NCBI GenBank assembly: GCA_965363765.1
Contig: CBDTUI010000004.1
Span: 922 to 64,921 of the forward strand
DNA from: an uncultured Acidimicrobiia bacterium
GTDB taxonomy: Bacteria > Actinomycetota > Acidimicrobiia > Spongiisociales > JAENVV01
Direction: 5' to 3'
DNA length: 64,000 nucleotides
The notes below the pieces were generated by a model that worked only from the letters and a program-made list of their open reading frames with translations, searched no databases and had not been told where the DNA came from. Of this stretch, positions 28,968 through 38,618 are shown in pieces. Each line of letters opens with the position of its first letter. Position 1 is the first letter of the stretch. Both the position numbers and the translations under genes were made by a program.

Positions 28968-29449
28968 CAGTGGGTGACTTTGGCGAACCCTCGCCGCCAA
29001 TACACCAGTGGCTCGCGCTCCTGGACGAACTCACCGGCCAGAACACGCCCGATGAAGATGACGTGATCTCCGGCGTCTATTTCAGACTCGACAGCGCATT
29101 CGAAGAAAGCAAAGATTGAGTCCGTCAGGATCGGGCCGCCTTGATCCGTGGACGGCCGATCGTAGGCGACCCCCGAGAACCGTTCGTCCGAACGCAACGC
29201 CATTTTCAGTGCCAAGTCAGCGGTTCCTGCCTCAAGAAAGTTGACCGTATACCCACCGCGCTGTCGGATGGCGTCAAGAGATGACGCCTCGCTACCGACG
29301 CACACGAGTACGAGCGGCGGGTCGAGGCTGACGGAAGAGAAGGCGCTGACCGTGAGACCGGTCGGTTGGTCATCGGCGTCGAACGCCGTCACCACCGTCA
29401 CGGAGGCCGCCACGTTCCCCATCGTGGTCAAGAAGGTGTAGTCATCCAT
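28967..29449 (-). CDS. Flavin reductase (NAD(P)H:flavin oxidoreductase, Flavin_Reduct family).
   Basis: VTVVTA...GLTVSAFSSVSLDPPLVLVCV. Confidence 0.75.
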   Translation of the reverse strand: MDDYTFLTTMGNVAASVTVVTAFDADDQPTGLTVSAFSSVSLDPPLVLVCVGSEASSLDAIRQRGGYTVNFLEAGTADLALKMALRSDERFSGVAYDRPSTDQGGPILTDSIFAFFECAVESEIDAGDHVIFIGRVLAGEFVQEREPLVYWRRGFAKVTH

Positions 29450-29510
29450 GGTTGGCTCGTTCCGCGGGTCGCTGGACTGAGCGTACCTTCTGTCGGGCGG
29501 GCAAGCGGAT

Positions 29511-30062
29511 TCAGGTGACCAGAAGGTCGTTGAGGTAGATGCTTACGTCGTGGGCAAGATCCAGCTCTTCGCAAAGCTGCTCGTTTCCCATGAAGATATC
29601 GGTCAGGGAAATGCCGATCCGACCAACTACAACGACCCGCCGCTCCGCCGCGTCCGTGACTGCCCCGAATGAATCGATCGCGGACACCTCGACCGGAAAT
29701 TTCATACCACCGACTCCAGCGAGTTCTGTCGCCAGCACCAACAGGTCGGGCTGGTGCTCAAGCGGGGGAAGGCCCCAGTTGAAGCCGAGCGTCAGGCCAA
29801 ACACATCGTCAGGGCCCTCGACATCGGCAGGCAAATCGCGGACATGATCTTCAAAATCGAGAATAACTCGTGGGTCGACGTCGAGAGCCATGTGCAGGTC
29901 GAGCGCGCCCCCACAGGTTTGTTCGGGATGCACGTCAATCTCAAACATCTGGCTCAGCGAATAAGTCTCGATGAAGTGCCGTTCGTCGTGAACGTGGAAC
30001 GCATGGTCCATGGCATGGCTCTTCAGGTCGGCGACGAAGCCGGCGATGTCAACAGCAGCCAC
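29511..30062 (-). CDS. Hypothetical protein (183 aa), His/Asp-rich N-terminus.
   Basis: No recognised domain. In same-strand tandem with the flavin reductase and VOC genes. Confidence 0.4.
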   Translation of the reverse strand: MAAVDIAGFVADLKSHAMDHAFHVHDERHFIETYSLSQMFEIDVHPEQTCGGALDLHMALDVDPRVILDFEDHVRDLPADVEGPDDVFGLTLGFNWGLPPLEHQPDLLVLATELAGVGGMKFPVEVSAIDSFGAVTDAAERRVVVVGRIGISLTDIFMGNEQLCEELDLAHDVSIYLNDLLVT

Positions 30063-30071
30063 GCGATCCTC

Positions 30072-30905
30072 TCAACAGTTTGGCCAGGGCGACCAGCCGC
30101 TCTGGCTATACAGCCAGAATGCAACCGCCGTGTTGGCTTCCCCATCGTAGATGCTGGCACCAGCCCATCCAGCCGCGGCAGCCCGGCTATCCCAATACGC
30201 AATCGAATGCTGGAAGAGGCCGCCGTAGCCGGCTGGGTTATAGGCATTCGTGTTGAGGCTGCTCTCACAGATGGCGATTCGTAATGCAACCTCAACATCG
30301 TCACCAGAGAAGTAGCGACCGAACAAAGCGCGCGCATCTGATTCGGACAGCACACCTGAGTAATCGGACGTAGTAGTCGTCGTGGTTTCCGCCGGAGGCT
30401 CGGTGGTCGTAGTGGTGGAAGCGAGGGTCGTCGTTGTTGTGGGCGCCTCGGTGGTCGTGGTCGTTTCAGCGACCGTCGTCGTTGGATGATCGTGAGTTGT
30501 GGTCGTTACCTCAACCGTGGTCGTCGTCTCGGCCGCCTCGGTTGTCGTGGTCGTCTCGTCAACTTCGGTAGTCGTCGTAGATGCCTCGGTCGTCTCAGGA
30601 ATAACCGCTGTCGATGGCGTGACAGCTAGCGCCGCGAAGTTCGACACATCTGCTGATCCGAGGTCGTCGACTAGTTCGTCCGCTATCAGCGTCTGAAGGG
30701 GCGGGTCGGTCGGAAGCGGCGACGTTGAATCGGCTTCAATCACCACGGCGGGAGTCTCATTAGATTGCTCTTGAGCCCGGATCTGCGCGTTGGCGCCACC
30801 GGTGAGCCAGATCAGCCCGAAGATAAGCCCGGTGAGTAGAAGTGCGAGAACCGCACGAATTGATGCCCTGTCCGCCACAGACACCCGATAGAGCGTACCG
30901 GCCAT
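30072..30905 (-). CDS. Rpf-like (resuscitation-promoting-factor-type transglycosylase) protein with an N-terminal TM segment and a long ETTTT-repeat linker.
   Basis: C-terminal ICESSLNTNAYNPAGYGGLFQHSIAYW...GWSPWPNC resembles the Rpf catalytic domain (CES...GLFQ...W..C). Confidence 0.6.
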   Translation of the reverse strand: MAGTLYRVSVADRASIRAVLALLLTGLIFGLIWLTGGANAQIRAQEQSNETPAVVIEADSTSPLPTDPPLQTLIADELVDDLGSADVSNFAALAVTPSTAVIPETTEASTTTTEVDETTTTTEAAETTTTVEVTTTTHDHPTTTVAETTTTTEAPTTTTTLASTTTTTEPPAETTTTTTSDYSGVLSESDARALFGRYFSGDDVEVALRIAICESSLNTNAYNPAGYGGLFQHSIAYWDSRAAAAGWAGASIYDGEANTAVAFWLYSQSGWSPWPNC

Positions 30906-30947
30906 GGGTTGCTATTCACAAATGGTCTTGCGTGCTTGTATTGCATC

Positions 30948-31973
30948 ATGACGTGGCCATTCCCAGCACCAATCGAAACCATGGAAGCCAAGGTTTCCGA
31001 AAAATGGCCAAAGGGTTCCTTCGCGTACGAACCGAAATGGGATGGCTTCCGAGCGGTGGTCTGGTCGAATCCCGATGGGCGGATCGACTCACGGAACCAG
31101 CGACCCCTGCTTCGGTACTTCCCGGAACTGGAGCCAGCCATCGCGCAGCTGCCTGAAGGAACCGTCGTCGACTGCGAAATTGTTGTCGTATTAGACGACG
31201 TGACCAGTTTCGACACCCTTCAACTTCGGCTCCATCCAGCCGCCTCCCGGGTCGAGAAGCTCTCGGCTGAGATCCCGGCTCGACTGGTTGCTTTCGACTT
31301 ACTGGCCGACCGCGGCGAAGACCTCCGCCAACTGCCTTTCGCCGATCGACGAGTCCGCCTCGAGCGACTCCTGGACACACTCGATCAACCCTGGAACCTC
31401 ACTCCATCGACCACCGACGAGGCAGTAGCGAAACGTTGGTTCGACGAATTCGAGCCAACCGGCTGCGACGGAATCATCGCCAAGCCATTGGACCAAGCGT
31501 ATATCCACGGCAAAAGAGCCGTCATCAAGATCAAACATCGTCGCACTGTTGACTGTGTTGTTGGCGGTTACCGGATCCACAAGGACGGCGACAAGATCGG
31601 GTCGCTGCTGCTCGGTCTCTACAACGATGACGGCGAGCTGCACTTCATCGGTCATTGCTCAGGGTTTCAGAACTCTGATCGGGTGGAGATGCTCACCCAG
31701 TTCGAGGCTCTGAAGTCCGACGAATCGTTCGGCGAAGACGCTCGAATGCCCGGCGGACAAAGTCGCTGGTCGACCGGCAAGGACCTGTCTTGGGTTCCAA
31801 TCGTCCCGGGCATTGTCGTTGAGATCAGCTACGACCAGTTGGAGGGATATCGCTTCCGTCACGCCACCCGCTTTCATCGGTGGCGTCCGGACAAGGACGC
31901 GGCGGATTGCAAAATGGATCAGCTTGAACGCCCCGATGGTCTGGGATTCTCTGACATGATCGCTCATGGCTAA
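30948..31973 (+). CDS. ATP-dependent DNA ligase, small LigC-like form.
   Basis: Adenylation motif I YEPKWDGFRAV; motifs III-V present; about 340 aa. Confidence 0.8.
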   Translation: MTWPFPAPIETMEAKVSEKWPKGSFAYEPKWDGFRAVVWSNPDGRIDSRNQRPLLRYFPELEPAIAQLPEGTVVDCEIVVVLDDVTSFDTLQLRLHPAASRVEKLSAEIPARLVAFDLLADRGEDLRQLPFADRRVRLERLLDTLDQPWNLTPSTTDEAVAKRWFDEFEPTGCDGIIAKPLDQAYIHGKRAVIKIKHRRTVDCVVGGYRIHKDGDKIGSLLLGLYNDDGELHFIGHCSGFQNSDRVEMLTQFEALKSDESFGEDARMPGGQSRWSTGKDLSWVPIVPGIVVEISYDQLEGYRFRHATRFHRWRPDKDAADCKMDQLERPDGLGFSDMIAHG

Positions 31974-32967
31974 AGAAGCCTTTATTGACATCGACGGGGA
32001 GTCGGTTCGGATCTCGTCACCCGATCGTGTGGTTTTCCCCGACCAGGGTTGGACGAAGATCGATGTCGCCAACCACTTCGCCGTCGTAGCTGACGGAGCG
32101 TTGAACGGCATCTTCGGACGACCAACGATGCTCAAGCGGTATATGAAGGGTGTCACCGAACCGCCTGTGTATCACAAGCGGGCCGACAAGAACTCACCTT
32201 TCGAGACCGTTGAGATCAGATTCCCGTCCCAGCGTCCTGGCATCATGAACGTCCCCCGCACCGAAGCCGACATCCTGCGGCTCGCCCAACTGGGCTGCCT
32301 CGACTTTCATCCATGGCCGGTTCGGGCAGAAGACATTGACCATCCGGATGAACTACGAATAGACCTCGACCCCACCGAGGGGTTCGGATTTAGTGACGTC
32401 AAAGCCGCAGCACGCGGAGCCAAGGACCTCTTCGACGAAGTGGGATTGGTCAGTTGGCCAAAGACGTCAGGCAGTCGGGGAATCCACATCTACGTACGCA
32501 TCGAACCCATCTGGGATTTCTTTCAGGTTCGTCGGGCGGTGCTGGCGTTCGCCCGCGAACTCGAACGCCGGATGCCAGGTGCAGTGACGACCAAATGGTG
32601 GAAAGAAGAACGCTCGGGTGTGTTCATCGACTTCAACCAGATGGCCAGAGACAAGACCGTCTCGTCGGCTTACGGGGTTCGTCCGACCGGGTTCGTGTCC
32701 ACCCCATTTGCCTGGGACGAACTGGACGATGTTTCCATCGAGCGCTTCCCCATGGACACCTTCGCCACTCGCTACGCCGACGTCGGCGACCTCACCGCCG
32801 ACATGGACAACCAGGCCGGGTCGATCACTCCCCTGTTGGAGTGGATGGTTCGCGATGAAGAAGACGGTGTCGGCGACGCCCCGTGGCCTCCCCACTACCC
32901 CAAACAGCCGGGCGAACCTCCCCGGGTGCAGCCGTCGAAGCAGCGGCGCCCCGACGAGGACTACTAG
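31966..32967 (+). CDS. LigD-type primase-polymerase domain protein (Prim-Pol).
   Basis: DLD...GFGFSD, SGSRGIHIYV motifs of the archaeo-eukaryotic primase fold. The start overlaps the ligase stop. Confidence 0.75.
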   Translation: MAKEAFIDIDGESVRISSPDRVVFPDQGWTKIDVANHFAVVADGALNGIFGRPTMLKRYMKGVTEPPVYHKRADKNSPFETVEIRFPSQRPGIMNVPRTEADILRLAQLGCLDFHPWPVRAEDIDHPDELRIDLDPTEGFGFSDVKAAARGAKDLFDEVGLVSWPKTSGSRGIHIYVRIEPIWDFFQVRRAVLAFARELERRMPGAVTTKWWKEERSGVFIDFNQMARDKTVSSAYGVRPTGFVSTPFAWDELDDVSIERFPMDTFATRYADVGDLTADMDNQAGSITPLLEWMVRDEEDGVGDAPWPPHYPKQPGEPPRVQPSKQRRPDEDY

Positions 32968-33660
32968 ATGCGCTTTCGACTGTTCGGTTTTCCGGTTGAG
33001 TTCAACATCACCATGTTGCTGCTCTTCTACTTCGTGGGGCAAGGTTTCGAACCTGCGGCAGCAATAGTGGCCGGGTTGGCGGCAGTTCTTTCCATTCTCG
33101 TTCACGAACTGGGGCATGCATTTGTGGCGAGGAGCCTCGGCGGTCAAGTCCAAGGCATAACGTTGCATGGACTCGGCGGCGTCACGAGCTGGACGGGTGG
33201 TCGCAACACCGGATGGCCGCGTATCGCCGTAGCCGCGGCCGGTTCTGTGACATCAATCATCATCGGTGTGGCGATCTGGGGGGCCGCATCTATGGGACTG
33301 TTCGGTGGTCTTGCTGAACTGGTCCTCGACACGCCCTGGAGGGTTTATCTCGGCGACGCCCTCAACGCCAACAACTCTCTGGTGTTCTTTCTCGGAGTTT
33401 TCGTGTGGGCGAACACAGTTATTGGAGCGTTCAATCTGCTTCCGATCGGTGGTTTGGATGGTGGCACAATCATGAGCGAACTCATCGAAAAGGCGATCCC
33501 CGGTTCAGGGCGGCTCCATGGCGCAATCATCGGTTTGCTGGTCGGGGCGGCAGTGGCCTTCCTCCTCTACCAAAGAGGTTTCACGTTCGCCCCGATCATC
33601 ATCGGCATCTTCACCATCCAGGCGCTGGTCCGAGCCGTCACGTCCCGGCCAGTCAAGTAG
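32968..33660 (+). CDS. M50 (site-2 protease) family metalloprotease.
   Basis: HELGHA zinc motif within TM helices; LLPIGGLDGG. Confidence 0.7.
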   Translation: MRFRLFGFPVEFNITMLLLFYFVGQGFEPAAAIVAGLAAVLSILVHELGHAFVARSLGGQVQGITLHGLGGVTSWTGGRNTGWPRIAVAAAGSVTSIIIGVAIWGAASMGLFGGLAELVLDTPWRVYLGDALNANNSLVFFLGVFVWANTVIGAFNLLPIGGLDGGTIMSELIEKAIPGSGRLHGAIIGLLVGAAVAFLLYQRGFTFAPIIIGIFTIQALVRAVTSRPVK

Positions 33661-33669
33661 CCTTCCCGA

Positions 33670-35352
33670 ATGGACATCATTGAGACCATCCGGACCTCGG
33701 TCATCGGCGACACCGATATCGTCTCAGGTCCCTTCGGGCCACGCCTCGTCACCTACGCCGATTACACGGCCTCGGGACGTTCACTGAGTTTCATCGAGGA
33801 CTTCATCCGCAACGAAGTCCTACCGCTCTACGCCAACACTCACACCGAGACATCTGGAACTGGCAGGCAGACGACCAAGTTCCGTGAGGATGCGCGGCGC
33901 CTTGTTCGCGAAGGGGTCGGCGCCACCGACGATCACGCGGTCCTCTTCGTTGGCTCGGGGACCACCGGCGCGGTAGACCTCATGATCAGAATTCTAGGAC
34001 TTCGTATCCCTGCCGAACTGGACGCCCGTTATGGCCTCAGTGACCACATTCCCGCCGAGGAACGGCCGGTGGTGTTCTGCGGGCCATACGAACATCACTC
34101 GAACGAAATCCCGTGGCGCGAATCAATCTCGGACGTTGTGCGTATCCCCGAGGACCGCGACGGTCACATCGATCTAGATGCTCTCGAGGTGGCCCTCAAG
34201 AAATACGCGGGTCGTCCGCTGAAAATCGGGAGCTTCTCAGCCGCATCAAATGTGACCGGAATCATCACGGACCACGCCGCGGTGGCCATCTTGCTGCACA
34301 AATACGGGGCCCTCTCGTTCTGGGACTACGCCGCGGCCGCGCCCTACATCGGGATCGACATGGATCTGGAGGGGCCAGAAGACGCCCACAAGGATGCCAT
34401 CTTCATCAGCCCCCACAAGTTCATCGGGGGTCCCGGCACGCCTGGAGTCCTCGTTGCTCGAAAAGAGCTGTTTCAAAACAAGGTGCCTGCCGTCCCTGGC
34501 GGCGGAACGGTCGCCTACGTGAACACCGAGGAACATTCGTACTTGACCGACATCGAGCACCGTGAGGAAGGTGGAACTCCAGCAATCATCGAGTCCATCC
34601 GAGCCGGACTCGTCTTCCAACTCAAGCTGGCGGTCGGATCCGATCGCATACGTGCCCTTGAGCACGCCTTCATTAAGCGAGCGATTAGCTCCTGGCAAGC
34701 GAACTCGAATATTGAAATTCTCGGTAACCCTGACGCCGACCGCCTCTCGATCGTTTCGTTTGTGATCCGGTATGAGAACCGCTACCTGCATCACAACTTC
34801 GTGGTGGCTCTCCTGAACGATTTATTCGGTATCCAGAGCCGCGGTGGGTGCTCGTGCGCAGGACCGTATGGCCACCGACTTCTTGGAATCGACAAGGACA
34901 CCTCTCACCAATATGAACAAGAAATCTTGCGAGGTTGCGAAGGAATCAAGCCGGGATGGGTCCGGGTTAATTTCAATTACTTCCTTGCCGAAGACACCTT
35001 CGATTTCGTCGTCGACGCAGTTCACCTCATCGCCAACGAGGGATGGAAGCTGTTGACCTGCTACCAGTTCGACACACACACCGGAGGCTGGCGACACAAC
35101 CAGGCTCCCGAAAAGACAGCCATGTCCCTCAGTGACATTTCATACGACTCCGGGGCGATGACCTATCCGGATCGACGCCGCACGACTGACAGCACCGCAC
35201 TCGGTGACTATATGGACGAAGCCCGCTCCTTGCTCGACAGTGCGCTCGACGAGCCGCCCTGTGAGCCCGATCCCGGTTTCGACTTCGAAGCCGAAGCATT
35301 GCGTTGGTTCCCGGTCGCTTCCGAGATCCGCCCCCGCCCAAGCGGCCCGTGA
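33670..35352 (+). CDS. Class V aminotransferase / cysteine desulfurase-like PLP enzyme (long form).
   Basis: YADYTASGR, SPHKFIGGPGTPGVL (PLP-Lys region), about 560 aa. Confidence 0.65.
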   Translation: MDIIETIRTSVIGDTDIVSGPFGPRLVTYADYTASGRSLSFIEDFIRNEVLPLYANTHTETSGTGRQTTKFREDARRLVREGVGATDDHAVLFVGSGTTGAVDLMIRILGLRIPAELDARYGLSDHIPAEERPVVFCGPYEHHSNEIPWRESISDVVRIPEDRDGHIDLDALEVALKKYAGRPLKIGSFSAASNVTGIITDHAAVAILLHKYGALSFWDYAAAAPYIGIDMDLEGPEDAHKDAIFISPHKFIGGPGTPGVLVARKELFQNKVPAVPGGGTVAYVNTEEHSYLTDIEHREEGGTPAIIESIRAGLVFQLKLAVGSDRIRALEHAFIKRAISSWQANSNIEILGNPDADRLSIVSFVIRYENRYLHHNFVVALLNDLFGIQSRGGCSCAGPYGHRLLGIDKDTSHQYEQEILRGCEGIKPGWVRVNFNYFLAEDTFDFVVDAVHLIANEGWKLLTCYQFDTHTGGWRHNQAPEKTAMSLSDISYDSGAMTYPDRRRTTDSTALGDYMDEARSLLDSALDEPPCEPDPGFDFEAEALRWFPVASEIRPRPSGP

Positions 35353-36050
35353 TCCCGGCCGATACGACTCCATCCCGCCAACAGGAAATCCAGGCGGGGA
35401 TCATCGACACCCTCCCCCTGCTGTTGGCGATTGTCCCATTTGGGTTTGTAGTCGGTGTGGCGGCAGCAGCAGCGGGCGTGTCAACGTCTTTGGCGGTCGC
35501 GACAAGCGGGCTCATCTTCGCCGGCGCCGCTCAGCTCGCCACCATGTCGCTGCTAGAAGCTGGAGCTGCCTGGCCGACGATCATCGGCACCACCCTCGTG
35601 ATCAACGCCCGCCACATCATGTATTCCGGCACCCTCGTGAAGCCACTCGGACATCTGTCCAGGGGATGGCGTTGGTTGCTGTCCTATCTAATGGTTGATC
35701 AGATGTTTGCGCTCACGGTGACCCGGTCGGCCGATGGGAACGACCATCCCCACCTCCACTGGTATTCCGCAAGTATCGGGGGCTTTCTGTGGGTCGTATG
35801 GATGACCGCCACGGTCGTCGGCGTCGCCCTCGGAGCCAGCGTCCCCGATTCGTGGGGACTCACCTTTGCCGCTCCTCTGATCTTCATCGGTTTAACTTTC
35901 CCGGCGCTGGTAGACCGGGCAACCTATGTAGCCGCTCTGGCGTCCGGCCTCACCGCCATCGTTGCGGCGCCGCTGCCATTCAACCTTGGTCTGTTGACCG
36001 CGGCCGCCGTCGGCATCACTGCCGGAGTTCTGGTGGATCGGATCCTGTGA
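35349..36050 (+). CDS. azlC: AzlC family branched-chain amino acid exporter subunit. GTG start overlaps the upstream stop (GTGA).
   Basis: LLLAIVPFGFVVGVAAAAAG...AAQLATMS...NARHIMYS. Confidence 0.65.
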   Translation: MIPADTTPSRQQEIQAGIIDTLPLLLAIVPFGFVVGVAAAAAGVSTSLAVATSGLIFAGAAQLATMSLLEAGAAWPTIIGTTLVINARHIMYSGTLVKPLGHLSRGWRWLLSYLMVDQMFALTVTRSADGNDHPHLHWYSASIGGFLWVVWMTATVVGVALGASVPDSWGLTFAAPLIFIGLTFPALVDRATYVAALASGLTAIVAAPLPFNLGLLTAAAVGITAGVLVDRIL

Positions 36051-36361
36051 ATCCCTGGCTGCTCGTCATAACGATCGGAATCGGCACGCTCCTCTTGCGA
36101 GGGTCCTTCCTAGCCATACTCGGCCCTGGCAGTATCTCCCCCGCTATCCAACGGGCGTTGCGCTTTGTACCGGCCGCCGTGTTCCCGGCGATCGCACTTC
36201 CAGCCGTATTCCTGATCGACGGTTCCTACGCCATGGCCGTCGACAATTATCGAATCTATGCGGCGATCGTGGCCGCGATCGTCGGGCACAGAACCAAGAA
36301 TCTGTCCTTAACGACCATCGCCGGCCTGGCCACGCTCTGGGCTCTTCAAGCCTTCTTTTAA
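36047..36361 (+). CDS. azlD: AzlD domain protein. GTG start overlaps the azlC stop.
   Basis: Small 4-TM protein VITIGIGTLLLRGSFLAILG directly after azlC. Confidence 0.55.
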   Translation: MNPWLLVITIGIGTLLLRGSFLAILGPGSISPAIQRALRFVPAAVFPAIALPAVFLIDGSYAMAVDNYRIYAAIVAAIVGHRTKNLSLTTIAGLATLWALQAFF

Positions 36362-36435
36362 CGGATTGATGGTTAACGACGCTGCGTCGTAAACTTCATG
36401 ATCTTGGCCGCAGAATGCCGCCGTAGGGAGAATCT

Positions 36436-37419
36436 ATGTCAGACATCATCGTCCAGGCTGAACATATCGTCCATACCTTTGGTGGCAAGGTTAAGGCCCT
36501 TGATGATATCTCGCTGTCTTTTGAACGAGGCATCATCTACGGTCTGCTCGGCCCGAACGGTGCAGGAAAAACGACGCTGATCCGCGTACTCACCACCTTG
36601 CTGAAGCCTGAATCTGGCTCAGCATTTGTCGCCGGCATCGATGTCATCAACCATGCCGCAGCGGCACGCGAAAAAATCGGGTTGGCGGGCCAGAACGCAG
36701 CTGTGGATGGGTACCAGACCGGGCGAGAGAACCTTCTGATGGTCGGACGCCTCTACAACCTGTCGAAGGGCGAAGCAAAAAAGCGCGCCGATGACGTACT
36801 CGAACGAATCGATCTGACTGACGCGGCCGATCGTCAAGTCCACACCTACTCAGGCGGGATGAAGCGACGGCTCGATCTCGCAGCTTCGATCGTCGGCCAC
36901 CCTGAAGTTCTGTTTCTCGACGAACCAACCACAGGGATCGATCCCCGCTCTCGGCTCGGCCTTTGGGAAATCATCAATGAGCTCGTGGCGGATGGGACCA
37001 CTCTGCTTCTGACAACTCAGTACCTCGAAGAGGCTGACAGATTGGCTGACCGAATTGGAGTGATCGATCAGGGTCAACTCATTGCAGAAGGCACCGCTGA
37101 CGAGCTCAAAACTCAGGTGGGTGGCGATGTCATCGAAATTCAATCGGCAGATGAGCTCGACGTCCTCGCCGACACCCTCCGGAGGAGCGTTGACGGCGAA
37201 CCGGTTGTGAATCGCGCCCGAAAAACCGTGACCATTCCCGCACCGAAAGCCGCCAGGTCGCTCCTCGAGGCCGTACGAGTTCTCGACGACGCTGGCATAG
37301 AGGTCCATGACATCGCCCTACGCCGGCCGACCCTCGACGATGTGTTCCTCACCCTCACAGGGAAGGCGACTGAGGAAATGGCCGTACCCGAAAAGCAGAA
37401 AGGAAGGAGGTCGCGATGA
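36436..37419 (+). CDS. ABC transporter ATP-binding protein (DrrA-like).
   Basis: Walker A GPNGAGKTT, signature YSGGMKRRL, Walker B LFLDEPT. Confidence 0.9.
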   Translation: MSDIIVQAEHIVHTFGGKVKALDDISLSFERGIIYGLLGPNGAGKTTLIRVLTTLLKPESGSAFVAGIDVINHAAAAREKIGLAGQNAAVDGYQTGRENLLMVGRLYNLSKGEAKKRADDVLERIDLTDAADRQVHTYSGGMKRRLDLAASIVGHPEVLFLDEPTTGIDPRSRLGLWEIINELVADGTTLLLTTQYLEEADRLADRIGVIDQGQLIAEGTADELKTQVGGDVIEIQSADELDVLADTLRRSVDGEPVVNRARKTVTIPAPKAARSLLEAVRVLDDAGIEVHDIALRRPTLDDVFLTLTGKATEEMAVPEKQKGRRSR

Positions 37420-38240
37420 CCACCTTGACACGCACCGCCACCCACATCGGAATCATCACTCGTCGCAACCTGCTCCGAAATATTCGCTTGCCTCAACTCT
37501 TGCTGTTCTCGACAGTCCAGCCCGTGATGTTTTTACTCTTGTTCAATTACGTGTTCGGCGGCTCGATCGCTCAGGCGATCCCACCCGTTTTCGGTAGCTA
37601 CATCAACTTTCTGCTGCCAGGGATCATCGTCCAGAACGTCGTGTTCGGTGCGACGGCAACCAGCATTGGCCTGACAGAGGACTTACAGGGCGGGGTGATC
37701 GACCGATTCCGATCGTTGCCGATGGCTCGATCAGCCGTCCTAGCGGGGCGTACCTTCGCCGACGTAGGGCGGTCCGGATTTGTCATAACGTTGATGACCG
37801 CCGTTGCCTACCTGATCGGATTTCGGCCACTTAACGGTTTCTTCTCACTGGTCCTGGCCGTGAGCCTGGCTCTTGCATTCGGCTACTCGATGTCATGGGT
37901 GATGGCCTGGATCGGATTGAAAGTTAAGACACCCGAGGCGGCTCAGGCGGCCGGATTCCTTCCCGTTTTTCCCTTGACGTTTGCAAGCTCAGTGTTCGTA
38001 CCGACGTCAAGCATGCCATCGTGGCTGGCGACGTTCGCAGAAAACCAACCCGTTTCGGTCCTGGCAAACACGGCGAGGGCGCTCATCCTTGGTGACGCAT
38101 ACATCCAGACCGACCCAAGTCTGGTTGCCAGCGGGGCAACCACCGGCTCACTCGTCCTGTTGTCCCTGGCCTGGATTGTTGGGATAGTCGCAATTGCGGC
38201 ACCCTTCGCGGTCCGCTCCTATCGCAAGACTGCTGAGTAG
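37416..38240 (+). CDS. ABC-2 type transporter permease (DrrB-like).
   Basis: 6-TM profile; start overlaps the ATPase stop (ATGA). Confidence 0.75.
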   Translation: MTTLTRTATHIGIITRRNLLRNIRLPQLLLFSTVQPVMFLLLFNYVFGGSIAQAIPPVFGSYINFLLPGIIVQNVVFGATATSIGLTEDLQGGVIDRFRSLPMARSAVLAGRTFADVGRSGFVITLMTAVAYLIGFRPLNGFFSLVLAVSLALAFGYSMSWVMAWIGLKVKTPEAAQAAGFLPVFPLTFASSVFVPTSSMPSWLATFAENQPVSVLANTARALILGDAYIQTDPSLVASGATTGSLVLLSLAWIVGIVAIAAPFAVRSYRKTAE

Positions 38241-38242
38241 TT

Positions 38243-38560
38243 GTGCGCATAACGGGTACGCCAGGGGAGGTCGTGGACGTATTGACTGAGGAGTGGGCCC
38301 CGCTCGGCGACGTCACCTCGAAGCGCATGTTCGGTGGTGTGGGGGTGTTCTGCGACGGCATTATGTTCACGATCATCGACAAACAAGGTACTGTTTTCTT
38401 GCGGTCTGATGAGACCACGGATCCGATATTCGAGGCGGCCGGGTCGCACAAACATGGCATGCCGTACTGGCTGGTTCCCGATGACGTCATGGCCGACCCC
38501 GATGTCCTGTTGACGTGGGCTAAACGGGCCGTGGCGGTAGCGGTGGCCAACAAAAAATAA
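38243..38560 (+). CDS. TfoX/Sxy N-terminal-domain protein.
   Basis: MFGGVGVFCDGIMF...GMPYWLVPDDV pattern. Confidence 0.55.
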   Translation: MRITGTPGEVVDVLTEEWAPLGDVTSKRMFGGVGVFCDGIMFTIIDKQGTVFLRSDETTDPIFEAAGSHKHGMPYWLVPDDVMADPDVLLTWAKRAVAVAVANKK

Positions 38561-38573
38561 CCCCCTACTGCAA

Positions 38574-38618
38574 CGACTGTGCATCAATGTGCCCTATAGG
38601 TCCATAGATGCACAGTCG
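38574..38618. repeat. 12-bp perfect inverted repeat CGACTGTGCATC / GATGCACAGTCG with a 21-nt spacer that itself contains the palindrome CCTATAGG.
   Basis: Read directly between the TfoX-like and ALDH genes. Confidence 0.8.

Noticed and set aside
30340-30620. Possible CRISPR-like or VNTR repeat in the GGTCGTCGT-rich stretch
   Set aside because: The repeats are imperfect, in-frame codon repeats (ETTTT units) inside the Rpf-like gene's linker, not spacer-repeat architecture.
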